NCBI GenBank assembly: GCA_020724865.1
Contig: DYGA01000001.1
Span: 196,624-260,623, forward strand
Direction: 5' to 3'
Source: Candidatus Paceibacter sp.
GTDB taxonomy: Bacteria; Patescibacteriota; Patescibacteriia; S139-126
Length of the DNA: 64,000 nucleotides
This document shows positions 16,793 through 26,321 of the stretch, in pieces (position 1 is the stretch's first letter; each line of letters opens with the position of its first letter). The notes beneath the pieces are model-generated. The model saw only the letters and a list, made by a program, of their open reading frames with translations. It made no database searches and was not told the DNA's origin. The translations under genes were made by a program, and so were the position numbers.

Positions 16793-17551
16793 ATGGAAAG
16801 TGAAAAAACACCAAAGCTGAAAGAACAAATTTTAAGCAAAATAAAATCAGGCAGTATTAAAGCTAAGCCCAAATTTCATTTTGTCTTGCGGACTTTGTTA
16901 CTAATTAGCGGTTTAGTAGCGGCGGGATTGTTGTTATTGTATTTGATTAGTTTTGTAATTTTTTTATTACGCGTCAATGGTTTATGGCAAGCTCCGACTT
17001 TTGGTTTTAGGGGTTGGGGTATGCTGTTTACATCTTTACCCTGGATGTTACTGATATTGATTGGTTTTTTTGTTTTGGTGATGGAAATTTTAGTTAAACA
17101 TTTTTCTTTTGCTTACCGTAGACCGTTGCTTTATTCGGTATTGGGGATATTAGTATTTCTGGGTGTAAGTGGTTTTGTGGTAGCTCAAACACCTTTTCAC
17201 CAAAATTTATGGGATTTGTCAGAAACAGATTCTGGGTTACCAGTGGCAGGTTCATTATATAGCTTTTTACGTAAAGGTGATCCCGATGATTGGCATCGTG
17301 GTATGGTAATTTCTACAACAGAAGAAGGTTTTCTAATGGAAAATTTAGCCGCCGAAATTTTATCAGTAAAAATTGATGAACAAACGAAAATACCTTTTGC
17401 CCTTGATTTGTTGCCAGGCGATATGGTGATGGTGGCGGGGGAACGTATTGGCGATGAGATTAAAGCTTTTGGTATAAGGGAATTTTCTAAACCAGTGTTT
17501 AGACCAAGGCACATGAAAAAAATGCCTCCTGGTAAAAGTTTAAATCGTTGA
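16793..17551 (+). CDS. Putative membrane-anchored anti-sigma factor, partner of the ECF sigma.
   Basis: It starts 3 nt after the sigma-factor stop. It has a short cytoplasmic N-terminus, TM helices and an extracytoplasmic C-terminal domain, which is the typical ECF anti-sigma arrangement. Confidence 0.5.
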   Translation: MESEKTPKLKEQILSKIKSGSIKAKPKFHFVLRTLLLISGLVAAGLLLLYLISFVIFLLRVNGLWQAPTFGFRGWGMLFTSLPWMLLILIGFFVLVMEILVKHFSFAYRRPLLYSVLGILVFLGVSGFVVAQTPFHQNLWDLSETDSGLPVAGSLYSFLRKGDPDDWHRGMVISTTEEGFLMENLAAEILSVKIDEQTKIPFALDLLPGDMVMVAGERIGDEIKAFGIREFSKPVFRPRHMKKMPPGKSLNR

Positions 17552-17677
17552 TAAAATCCCTCAATTTGGGGGATTTTTAAATATGAAATATTATTTAAAT
17601 TTAGTTGTAGTAATAAGTGCTAGCAAATAGAATAAGTTAACTTATAGATATTTATAGCTAATTATTAATTTACGAAC

Positions 17678-18157
17678 ATGAAAATTTTTAAGAAAAAATA
17701 TTTATTTTATGGCATTATCCCAGTGTTATTGGGATTAGGGGGTTTATCTGCAGCTTCAGCTCACGGAATATTTGGTTGGCGCGGACAAGCTGATCCGGCC
17801 AGTATGGCGACCGAACAAGCTCAGAGATTTGAACAACTAGCCGAAGTTTTGGGTATCAGTGTTGACCAGGTTAAGGATTATTGGGCCCAAGGTAAAACCC
17901 CTAGAGATATGATCGATGAGTTAGGTTTAGATGAAACTGAAATTCAAGATCGTATGCGTGAGATTCGTCAAGAACACTTAAAAGAGCAATTACAAATATT
18001 GGTAGATCAGGGAGTTATTACTCAAGCTCAAGCTGATGCTAGACTTCAATTTATGGCCAGTCATCAGGCAAATTTAGGCCAAGGCAAAGGAATGTTCGGA
18101 CAGATGCGAGCCAGCCGTGGTGGTAACAAAGGTATGGGTTTCCATTTTGCTCAGTAG
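17678..18157 (+). CDS. Secreted helical protein of unknown function, downstream of the ECF sigma / anti-sigma pair.
   Basis: It has a signal peptide ending AASAHG. The mature part is charged and helical, with a Gly/Lys/Met-rich C-terminus. Confidence 0.45.
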   Translation: MKIFKKKYLFYGIIPVLLGLGGLSAASAHGIFGWRGQADPASMATEQAQRFEQLAEVLGISVDQVKDYWAQGKTPRDMIDELGLDETEIQDRMREIRQEHLKEQLQILVDQGVITQAQADARLQFMASHQANLGQGKGMFGQMRASRGGNKGMGFHFAQ

Positions 18158-18177
18158 GCAAAATGAAATAAATAAAA

Positions 18178-18210
18178 GCAGCTCCTAGTCGGAAGACGGG
18201 GCTGTTTTTT
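18178..18210 (+). terminator. Rho-independent terminator after the secreted-protein gene.
   Basis: A CAGCTCC ... GGGGCTG stem with an inner GTC/GAC stem is followed by TTTTTTT. Confidence 0.55.
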
Positions 18211-18306
18211 TATTATTCACAGTTTATTTAACTATTGTTTTTTTTGTTTTAGGTATATAATTAATTTTGTCATTTTTCAATGACAGATTAATTATTAAAA
18301 TAAATT

Positions 18307-18810
18307 ATGCACAAAAATAAATTTTTAATTTTATCAATAATTTTGGTAGCCATAGGATTTTTATTTTCTGGTTGTACAAAGAAAGTTGCGGAAAAAACAA
18401 CTGAAAAAATAATAGAAAAAAATGTTGGCTCTGAAGCTAATGTAGATTTAAATAATGATCAACTTACTATTGAAACTGAACAGGGTGTTTATCAAGCTGG
18501 AGAACAAGTGTCACTGCCCGATGGATTTCCTGATGACGTTTACGTAATTGATGGCAATATTGTAGCAGCCATGGCTATGACTGAAGAGCAGGGTTATTCA
18601 GTGTCGGTAGTAACTAATAAATCTGTAAGTGAAGTCAAATCAGAGTACGAAGAAAAATTAAAAGCTGCTGATTGGAATATCAATTTGCGAATGGACTATG
18701 GCGAATCGGCCACTTTATCTGCTACCAAAGCTAATCGCACGGTTAGTGTATCGGCCACTGCTAGTAGTGACGGTACGACTGTTACCATTGTGACAGGTAA
18801 TAATTTATAA
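18307..18810 (+). CDS. Lipoprotein (lipobox FSGC), 167 aa.
   Basis: It has the signal/lipobox sequence [14 protein letters not shown]. The downstream pdaD starts 6 nt after its stop. Confidence 0.5.
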   Translation: MHKNKFLILSIILVAIGFLFSGCTKKVAEKTTEKIIEKNVGSEANVDLNNDQLTIETEQGVYQAGEQVSLPDGFPDDVYVIDGNIVAAMAMTEEQGYSVSVVTNKSVSEVKSEYEEKLKAADWNINLRMDYGESATLSATKANRTVSVSATASSDGTTVTIVTGNNL

Positions 18811-18815
18811 ACAAA

Positions 18816-19358
18816 ATGGTACCAAAAAAAATATTTTTTACCAAAGGTTTAGGTATACACAAAGATCGGTTGGCATCCTTTGAATTGGCTTTGCGTGATG
18901 CTGGGATTGAAAAGTGTAATTTGGTTACGGTATCAAGTATTTTTCCGCCCCAAGCAAAAATAATATCTAAAGAAGAAGGTTTAAAACTCTTGCAACCGGG
19001 CCAGATTACTTTTTGTGTTATGGCTAGAAATGATACCAATGAACCCAACCGTTTAATTTCCGCTGCCGTGGGTATTGCTATTCCTAAAGATACTAATAAC
19101 TATGGTTATCTATCAGAACATCACAGTTATGGAGAGGTGGCTAAAAAATCAGGTGAATATGCTGAAGATTTAGCGGCCACAATGCTGGCAACAACTTTGG
19201 GGATTGAATTTGATCCGGATAAAAGTTGGGATGAACGCGAACAGATTTATAAAGCCAGTGGACATATTTTTAAAACCAATCATATTTGCCAATCAGCTGA
19301 AGGTAATAAAGATGGCCTGTGGACCAGCGTGATTTCCGCTGCTGTTTTTGCTGAATAA
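18816..19358 (+). CDS. pdaD: Pyruvoyl-dependent arginine decarboxylase.
   Basis: [11 protein letters not shown] matches the self-cleavage serine motif of PdaD (NLIRISSIMPP in archaeal PdaD). [12 protein letters not shown] matches ISAAISVAIPKD. Confidence 0.8.
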   Translation: MVPKKIFFTKGLGIHKDRLASFELALRDAGIEKCNLVTVSSIFPPQAKIISKEEGLKLLQPGQITFCVMARNDTNEPNRLISAAVGIAIPKDTNNYGYLSEHHSYGEVAKKSGEYAEDLAATMLATTLGIEFDPDKSWDEREQIYKASGHIFKTNHICQSAEGNKDGLWTSVISAAVFAE

Positions 19359-19380
19359 CTGAAAAAAATTATTTAATACA

Positions 19381-19416
19381 AAAACCCACCTCCAGTAGAG
19401 GTGGGTTTTGCTTTTC
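19381..19416 (+). terminator. Rho-independent terminator after pdaD.
   Basis: A 9-bp stem ACCCACCTC/GAGGTGGGT with loop CAGTAG is followed by TTTTGCTTTT. Confidence 0.7.
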
Positions 19417-19482
19417 CCCATGCCGAATATGCCTAATTCGGCAATGCTAGAAGTCAACTATCTAGCTGCTAGCATTGCCGTA

Positions 19483-20211
19483 TTAGTAAGGTTTATATGG
19501 ATCAACGCGAGTAAGCCAGAACCAAGCGCCTTTTTTTTCTAAATAAACATTAATTCCGTTAATTTGGAGTTCATATTTATGATCATATACTCGATCAGCA
19601 GCTCCTCGTCCGTCCAGGTAAAATTCAAAAGTCGCAATTTCCCCAGGACCAACTTGTTGTTCACTCATCTGAGTAATGTTTGTAGGACTAAGCCAAGTTT
19701 GATCACGAAAATGACTTAAATTTCCTTGGTGATCAGTACTTATTAGCAAAGTATTTTCTTTTTTCCAAGTTTGGTTGGTTAAGTTTTGTATTTTAAAATA
19801 TGTTTTTGGTCGCCAAACATTTAAAATGGCGATGGGTAAGTTATGTTCAACTAGTAAAGCTTCAATAGTTTGGTTAGTTTCTTCCTGGGTGGGTTCTTGC
19901 AATTGAGCAATTTTCTTTTCAATATTTTCTTGTAAATATATTGGGGCGGTGGAAGTCGGGATATAAAAAAATCTAGTACTGGTGGATGGTAGTAGAATTT
20001 CAAATTCTTTGCCCGGCAACCAGTTAATTATGCCAAATTGTTGTTGTATATCATTTTTGGTGATAGGGGTTGTAGTTTTTTTTAGATAAACCTGAGTAAA
20101 ATATTTATCTAAAAAATTGTTGGCTAGGGAAATTTTGGTTACAAAAAAAGCACCGATGCATATCGCTGCAGTAAATATAAAAATATTTAAATATTTGGCA
20201 CAGGGTTTCAT
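19483..20211 (-). CDS. Hypothetical exported or membrane-anchored protein, last gene of the flippase / ligase operon.
   Basis: An N-terminal TM/signal segment is followed by a soluble domain. Confidence 0.4.
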   Translation of the reverse strand: MKPCAKYLNIFIFTAAICIGAFFVTKISLANNFLDKYFTQVYLKKTTTPITKNDIQQQFGIINWLPGKEFEILLPSTSTRFFYIPTSTAPIYLQENIEKKIAQLQEPTQEETNQTIEALLVEHNLPIAILNVWRPKTYFKIQNLTNQTWKKENTLLISTDHQGNLSHFRDQTWLSPTNITQMSEQQVGPGEIATFEFYLDGRGAADRVYDHKYELQINGINVYLEKKGAWFWLTRVDPYKPY

Positions 20212-20287
20212 TTTTTTGTTTTTGTTTTTCCTCTAATTTTGGAGGTTTTTTATTGCCTATATATAAATTATAGCATTTTTTTTGATT

Positions 20288-21571
20288 TTAGTCAATAGAT
20301 TTAGTTCTAAAATATAATAATATTGCGGGTAAAAATAAAATAAAGTAAAACAGAATAGATAAATCGTTTTTAAAATACGGCGTATCTAAAAGACCGTGTG
20401 TCAAAGTAGCGATTAGAGCTGACAGACTTCCAGCTAAATACCACCAATCCAGTGAATCAAGATTTTGATGTAAAAGTTTGTAAACAGTTTTTCCGTAAAT
20501 AAATATCAAATAGCTAAATGCTAACAGTCCTAGCAGTCCTACTTCCAACCAAATATTTAAAAATAAGTTATGGGCTTTAACCACTTCCCATTCTAGAGGA
20601 GGTTGAAACATGGCAAAAGCCTGCGCGCGATAAGGTTGATAAAAATTTCCCAGTCCCACGCCTAGAATTGGTTTTTGTTTTAGTAACTCAAGAGAGATTT
20701 CCCAGATTTGTAAGCGGGTGGTAAGGGAGTTGCGCTCAGTTAAATTGATAATTTTTTGGAATTTGGATTGACCAGCAATGATTAGACTGCCAGCTAAACA
20801 TAAAAATAAAAAAATAATAGTAGCAATTTTTTTTATTTTTTTATCACTAATAAAAACAAGAAGAATTATAATTCCCGCCACTAGCCCTAAAAATCCACCG
20901 TATGATTTGGTATACCATAAAGCAACCAACTGCAGACTAATAAGAAAGCTGATTAGAATTCGTCTGCGCAGAGTAAAACTGTTTTTTAATTCTCCCCAGC
21001 CCAAAAAAATTATCGGTACTACCAGCATGGCTACATAGTTAGCTGGTTTGTATACAGAATTAAGTAGTCCGTCAGCCTGCATACCAAAATTAAAAATATA
21101 TTCCAATAAACCCCAGATCGCCACCAATGCCCCACTGCCTAGCAGACCGGTGATTACATACTTAAGGTCAGATTTATTTTTTATCAAAATTAAACTAACC
21201 AGTAAAAATAAAATTGGATCAAACCACCAACCCTTGAGTACCCCAGCTGATAATCGTAAATCTGGAGAAATAATTGTCGCAATGGTGGCGGCTAAAAACC
21301 AAAATAATACTGCCCACCACAGCGGTTTATAATTGCGCCATATCAATAATAAAGTGTTTTTCAGTTGAGCTGATCTGACTAAAGAAATAAAAGTAATGAG
21401 TGCTAAAATATAAATAGCCAATTCCAGCCAAGTGGTAGGAATAAACCAAATTTGGGTTCGTAGTAGATAAGTGGGCAATAACATCAATAGTAACCAGCCA
21501 GCTAGACGGATATTTAAAAAAGCGATTAAAGCAAAGAAAAACAGGCTTAAGTAAAAAATGGCAATCATCAT
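20288..21571 (-). CDS. O-antigen ligase family (Wzy_C domain) membrane protein. It could be a WaaL-type ligase, a Wzy polymerase or a PglL/PilO-type O-oligosaccharyltransferase.
   Basis: It is polytopic, with about 10-12 TM helices and a periplasmic loop. The motif HNLFLNIWLEVGLLGLLAF fits the Wzy_C H..yL ... E.G..G signature. Confidence 0.6.
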   Translation of the reverse strand: MMIAIFYLSLFFFALIAFLNIRLAGWLLLMLLPTYLLRTQIWFIPTTWLELAIYILALITFISLVRSAQLKNTLLLIWRNYKPLWWAVLFWFLAATIATIISPDLRLSAGVLKGWWFDPILFLLVSLILIKNKSDLKYVITGLLGSGALVAIWGLLEYIFNFGMQADGLLNSVYKPANYVAMLVVPIIFLGWGELKNSFTLRRRILISFLISLQLVALWYTKSYGGFLGLVAGIIILLVFISDKKIKKIATIIFLFLCLAGSLIIAGQSKFQKIINLTERNSLTTRLQIWEISLELLKQKPILGVGLGNFYQPYRAQAFAMFQPPLEWEVVKAHNLFLNIWLEVGLLGLLAFSYLIFIYGKTVYKLLHQNLDSLDWWYLAGSLSALIATLTHGLLDTPYFKNDLSILFYFILFLPAILLYFRTKSID

Positions 21572-22989
21572 GTTTTTACCATAGCTCTAATTTTACTAAA
21601 AGAAAATACTTTACTGTATTTAAGTCCAAATAAATACACCAGTGTGCTTAAAATTATATTAATTATTACTGGCCAGTCGCGGATTATAAAAGTAATCGAA
21701 CCCATCAATAAACTGATTAAAAATATTTTATAAAAATTGATAAATGACAATTTTAGTAAAGTGTATTTTTTGGTTAAATATAAATAACTTATCATCACTA
21801 AGCCTTCTATAACCAATGTAGTCAAAGCCGCAGCCCCAGCGCCTCCAGACGGGATGAAGACAAAGTACAGCGCTAAAGCCAGTAGGGAAGCCGTTACGGC
21901 AATGGGGAGAATATTTTTTTGTTTGCCGATGGCGACGATAATATAAGTGAAAAGTTGAGTATAAAAAATACAAGCCGTAGCTAGCAGTAATATTTGTAAC
22001 AAATAATCAGCTTCAGAAAATTCTTTACCCGCCAGCAAAGTAATTAATGGTCTGGCTAAAATAATTCCACCAACTAGCAGCGGGATTAAAAAAGCATGAA
22101 AGACATCCAAACCCAATTTAATCTGTTGCCAGAAAAGTTCTTTGTTGGTTTGGTAGTATTTGGTGAGTTGGGGTAGTAGTAGTCCTAAAAATATTGGAGG
22201 CAAAGAGATAAGTACTTCTAAAATACGGTAAGGCGCCGCATATAGCCCCACGGTGCTAGCCGGATGAAAAATAGATAAGATAATAGTATCGGTTTTAAAA
22301 TAAAATAGATTGAATATGGTTGCTAGCGCCAGCGGCCAAGCTAAAATAATAATTTTCTTTTGGTAATTTGTATCAAAATAAAGTTTGATTCTAATTAATT
22401 TTTTACTTAATTGCCAAATTACCACAGTACCAATAATATTGGCCAAAGTAATCAAGGCGGCAACTGATAAAATACCCCAGTTTTGCCATACCGCAATCAA
22501 CAATAAAATCATGGTCAATAATTTGCTGATAATTTCTACCCAAGCGCCCCTAGCCATTGCCAGATGTTTCTGAAAAATTGCAGTCAGAATTTGATTGATA
22601 AGCTGACATAAAAATGATCCAGCCAAAAAAGTTATTACCAATTTAGTCAAAGTGTCATAAGGCATTAACCAACCTAAGGCGATGCTGATTAGCAGTAATG
22701 ACCCACCGGAAATAATCCGCAGCGACATTATATTGCCAGTAATTTTTTGCTGTTCGCTCGGGTCATCAGTTTTTCCTAGTTCTGACAAAAGTACCAAGTA
22801 CAAACCAAAATCAACCAGAATGCCAAAAAATTGCAACCAAGCTAAAGCCGTGGCATAAGTACCAAATCCCGCGGTACCTAAATAACGAGTCATAATTGCA
22901 ATGGTGATAATACCTATGATTATTCCCAAAACCTTGGCGCCTAAATGCCAGGCAGAGTTTTTGGCGATTAATTCGGTAGCAGTGGTCAT
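21568..22989 (-). CDS. Polysaccharide / oligosaccharide flippase (Wzx / MOP-superfamily polysaccharide biosynthesis protein).
   Basis: It has 12-14 TM helices across 473 aa and a 4-nt overlap with the downstream ligase gene. The size and topology are typical of Wzx. Confidence 0.55.
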   Translation of the reverse strand: MTTATELIAKNSAWHLGAKVLGIIIGIITIAIMTRYLGTAGFGTYATALAWLQFFGILVDFGLYLVLLSELGKTDDPSEQQKITGNIMSLRIISGGSLLLISIALGWLMPYDTLTKLVITFLAGSFLCQLINQILTAIFQKHLAMARGAWVEIISKLLTMILLLIAVWQNWGILSVAALITLANIIGTVVIWQLSKKLIRIKLYFDTNYQKKIIILAWPLALATIFNLFYFKTDTIILSIFHPASTVGLYAAPYRILEVLISLPPIFLGLLLPQLTKYYQTNKELFWQQIKLGLDVFHAFLIPLLVGGIILARPLITLLAGKEFSEADYLLQILLLATACIFYTQLFTYIIVAIGKQKNILPIAVTASLLALALYFVFIPSGGAGAAALTTLVIEGLVMISYLYLTKKYTLLKLSFINFYKIFLISLLMGSITFIIRDWPVIINIILSTLVYLFGLKYSKVFSFSKIRAMVKT

Positions 22990-23469
22990 AATAGGTTGAA
23001 ATAGTTTAATGTCTGGATTGATTATGAATTATAATTGCACAATTTTAGTGTTCCCTTTAAGTTATAAATAAGAGGGATAATAAAATTATAGCAATGCACC
23101 CAGTATCAGACAAATTACGTCACTAAATTATATTAGTATATAAATTAGTATATACAAACAAAGTTAAAGCAAAATATATTTATTATTTTTTTTAAAAATA
23201 TTTAATTATAAATTATGGAAATTACTTTGTGGAAGTATAAATTTTGTCATATACCAGAGATTAAGCAAAAATTATAATAATTAAATCTTTTTTCCACTAA
23301 AAGTTAATAGTTCGTAATATAATAAAAAAATAAAAATATTTTAATTGACAAAAGTTAAAAAATATGCTAAAATATAAATATACGAGATTATAAAGTAGAT
23401 TGTAGATTTTAGTAAAAATGAGTCCAAAAAATGGACTAAAAAAAAATAAAAATAAAAACCAAAATAAAA

Positions 23470-24735
23470 ATGAATTTAGATGATCGACAATCAAAATCTG
23501 TTTTAGTTGTTAATGACAAGCTAACTACAAGTAATAATTTGTTTGTGAGCGCGGGCTTGTCTTTTTTTGTAGCTGTGGTAATTATTAGTTTTTCAGCTGG
23601 AGTAATGCGTTTGGCTAGTGAATATTTGCAAGGTCATAAGATTTTTAATTTTTCAGTAAAACAACAAGTATTTATTGATGAATCACCTGATTTTACAATT
23701 TATTTTCCGGATGAAGAAAAAAACGTTAGGGTAATACCGAAAGTAGTTGAACAGGAAAACAAAGCTGGCCCACCAGTAAGTAAAGTAGAAAATTGGTTTG
23801 CCGACTGGATACCTGTCCTAGTAGCTCAAGCAGCTACAAATCCAGAGATATTAACAACAGACACAATAAATTTAACCTCACCGCCAATTCGGGTGGGGTT
23901 ATTTTGGACTAAAAGAGTGGAAAAATTCAGTAGTTTAGGAGGTTTTCAATTATTTGCCGGTGAGGAGTTGGTATTATCAAGCAACGGGCAAGAGCCAATA
24001 CTTATGTGGTATGATAGTAAAGAAAAAAAATATTTTTTTACTCATCAGAATATAACCAAAGATTATGAACAACCCTTAAGACTTCAAGGTTTAAATCAGG
24101 CAATTTTACAAATTGATTCTTATGCCAATCCACCCAGTTGGAATCAAACTTTATCGGATAACCAATTTAGGGGTAGTTTGGAAATATATCATGCTACCGG
24201 CACCGATCAAACTTGGATAATAAACGAGTTACCTTTGGAAGATTATTTAAAGGGTTTAGGTGAAACTAGATCAACCGATCATATTGAATATTTAAAAACC
24301 ATGACCGTAGTGGGCAGAACTTATGCTTATTGGCACAAGTTGGATAATTTTAAACACGGTCATCAGGGTTTTCATATAGATGCTTTTTATGATCAGGTTT
24401 ATCGTGGTTATGCTAATGAATTAAGACACCCTGAATTGGTCAAAGCGGTAGAGGAAACGCACGGTGAGGTAGTTACTTATCAGGGTGAGGTAGCAATTAC
24501 TCCTTATTTTGCCCGGAGTAATGGTCGGACAAAAAATTGGTCAGAAGTTTGGTATCAAGATCCGTATCCTTGGATTAAATCGGTAGTGGTTCCAGAAGAA
24601 AAAGGTTTTAGTCAATTGGGGCACGGAGTTGGTTTGTCTGGAGTTGGAGCCATGATCAAGGCCAAGAACGGTGAAACCTACCAAGACATAATCAAATATT
24701 TTTATCATGATGTAGAAATAAAATCTGTTTATTGA
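23470..24735 (+). CDS. SpoIID/LytB-domain protein (peptidoglycan lytic transglycosylase / amidase-enhancer family).
   Basis: An N-terminal TM anchor is present. The C-terminal region ...AITPYFARSNGRTKNWSEVW... resembles the SpoIID signature Y.SSSGG.TE...VW. Confidence 0.55.
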   Translation: MNLDDRQSKSVLVVNDKLTTSNNLFVSAGLSFFVAVVIISFSAGVMRLASEYLQGHKIFNFSVKQQVFIDESPDFTIYFPDEEKNVRVIPKVVEQENKAGPPVSKVENWFADWIPVLVAQAATNPEILTTDTINLTSPPIRVGLFWTKRVEKFSSLGGFQLFAGEELVLSSNGQEPILMWYDSKEKKYFFTHQNITKDYEQPLRLQGLNQAILQIDSYANPPSWNQTLSDNQFRGSLEIYHATGTDQTWIINELPLEDYLKGLGETRSTDHIEYLKTMTVVGRTYAYWHKLDNFKHGHQGFHIDAFYDQVYRGYANELRHPELVKAVEETHGEVVTYQGEVAITPYFARSNGRTKNWSEVWYQDPYPWIKSVVVPEEKGFSQLGHGVGLSGVGAMIKAKNGETYQDIIKYFYHDVEIKSVY

Positions 24736-24753
24736 ATTTTTATTCTATACAAA

Positions 24754-24791
24754 AACCCGCTGTGATGAACAGTCGTTAGCGGGTTTTTTGT
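24754..24791. terminator. Bidirectional terminator between the convergent SpoIID-like gene and rpsA.
   Basis: The stem AACCCGCTGT ... ACAG..AGCGGGTT is flanked by an A-run and TTTTTTG. Confidence 0.6.
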
Positions 24792-24800
24792 TGGTAGATT

Positions 24801-26063
24801 TTATTTTTTTAGAACAGTTTTGGTTTTCTTTTCTTTTTTTTCTTTATCTTTTTTTTCTACTTTTTCAACTTTAGTTGCAGTAGTGGGCTTGGTTTTGGTT
24901 GATTCTACTGGAGTGACATTTTTTTCTTTGTCTCCAGTTGGTGTGGAATTATTTTTTTGTTTTAAAGCTTTTAAAGATAACCCTAGACGGTGTTCTTGAG
25001 GTTCAATAGAAACAATTTTAAAATCATAATTTTCTCCAATTTTTAAAACTTCGCCAGCATTTTTTATTGGATAATCAGCTAGCTCGCTAATATGTGCTAA
25101 TCCGTGAATATCGCGGTCTAGTTCAACAAAAGCACCAAAGTCATTGGTTTTTAAAACTTTACCGTTGACAGTTTGGCCAATTTTATATTTTTTTTCTACA
25201 TCTTTCCAAGGATCTTCATGCAAAGCCTTGATGGATAGAGATATTTTTGAACCATCTATTTCAATTATTTTTGCTTCAACTTCTTCTCCAACTTTTATAT
25301 AGTCTCTGGGATTGTCAATTCTTTGCCAGGCAATCTCTGAAATATGGACTAAGCCTTCCATATTATCGCCAAACTCAACAAAAGCACCAAAATCAACCAC
25401 GCCGGTGATTTTGCCTTTAACTACTTGACCGACTTGGAATTTACTAATTGTATCTTTTTGCTGTTCTTCCCAGGCGGCTCGTTCGGAAACAATTAGTTTA
25501 TTTTCTTTTTCATCAACATCAATAATTTTAGCTTCAAAATCTTGATTGATATAACTTTTTAGAATTTCTAAAATTTTATTTTTATCACCACCTTCTACGC
25601 GTGGATAATGTTCGGTAGTGAGTTGGGAAACAGGCATAAAACCCATAACTCCACCAACTTTACACATCAACCCGCCTTTATTGGCATCAATAATTTTAGT
25701 GGTAATAATCGTGCCTTTTTGTTTAATTTCTTCCAAATTTTCCCAAGCTTTTTGGTGTCCAGCTTGGCGAAAAGAAAGTTCCAAGATACCACGTTCATTT
25801 TCTTCTTCTAAAACAGTGGCATAAACTTCGTCGCCGATTTTGAGAGTGGTGTGGTCTCCTGATTCGTCTTCTAATTCTTTGCCTCGCACTAAGCCAGTAG
25901 TGAGACCGTTGATGTCAAGTAATACTTCATTTTTACCGATGTTAATAACGGTTCCTTTGACCAGTTCTCCAATTTTAGGAAATTTTTGATTTTTGATTTC
26001 TTCCATCAGTTCAGCCATTTTGCCTGAAGTGGGGATGGAATCGTTGGTAATTTTTTTTGTCAT
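24801..26063 (-). CDS. rpsA: 30S ribosomal protein S1 with a Lys-rich C-terminal tail.
   Basis: Four S1 domains are present, with repeated G..V.G.V..i.dfGaFV.l..g.eGL.HiSe patterns. The tail reads KKDKEKKEKKTKTVLKK. Confidence 0.85.
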   Translation of the reverse strand: MTKKITNDSIPTSGKMAELMEEIKNQKFPKIGELVKGTVINIGKNEVLLDINGLTTGLVRGKELEDESGDHTTLKIGDEVYATVLEEENERGILELSFRQAGHQKAWENLEEIKQKGTIITTKIIDANKGGLMCKVGGVMGFMPVSQLTTEHYPRVEGGDKNKILEILKSYINQDFEAKIIDVDEKENKLIVSERAAWEEQQKDTISKFQVGQVVKGKITGVVDFGAFVEFGDNMEGLVHISEIAWQRIDNPRDYIKVGEEVEAKIIEIDGSKISLSIKALHEDPWKDVEKKYKIGQTVNGKVLKTNDFGAFVELDRDIHGLAHISELADYPIKNAGEVLKIGENYDFKIVSIEPQEHRLGLSLKALKQKNNSTPTGDKEKNVTPVESTKTKPTTATKVEKVEKKDKEKKEKKTKTVLKK

Positions 26064-26224
26064 TTAATTATTAAATTAACCTTTTTTGACTCAAAGGTCC
26101 TGCCTACCACAGGTTTTATTAAATAGTAGGATTAACCCTATTACTTTATAGGAAAGTTTATATTTTGGCAAGACTAAGCCTTTTTGGGTTATAATGTAGA
26201 TAGTTTAATAATAATTAATGACAA

Positions 26225-26300
26225 ATTGTTAATTAATAGTCAATTGTTAAATCTAATAATTATTAATTAGTAATTTATTAGTCATTAGAAATTAATAATT
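26225..26300. repeat. Copy 2 of the ~75-bp AT-rich repeated element (the partner is at 12885-12958), in the divergent region between rpsA and the 26322 gene.
   Basis: See copy 1. The shared blocks are TTAATTAATAGTCAATTGTTAA and AATTATTAATTAGTAATTT. Confidence 0.5.
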
Positions 26301-26321
26301 AGTTATTAATCATCATCTCCC

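Noticed and set aside
23297-23494. A 65-aa ORF (-) in the divergent promoter region between the flippase gene and the SpoIID-like gene.
   Set aside because: It is composed almost entirely of F/L/I/Y/N from AT-rich DNA, and it overlaps the start of the plus-strand SpoIID-like gene.
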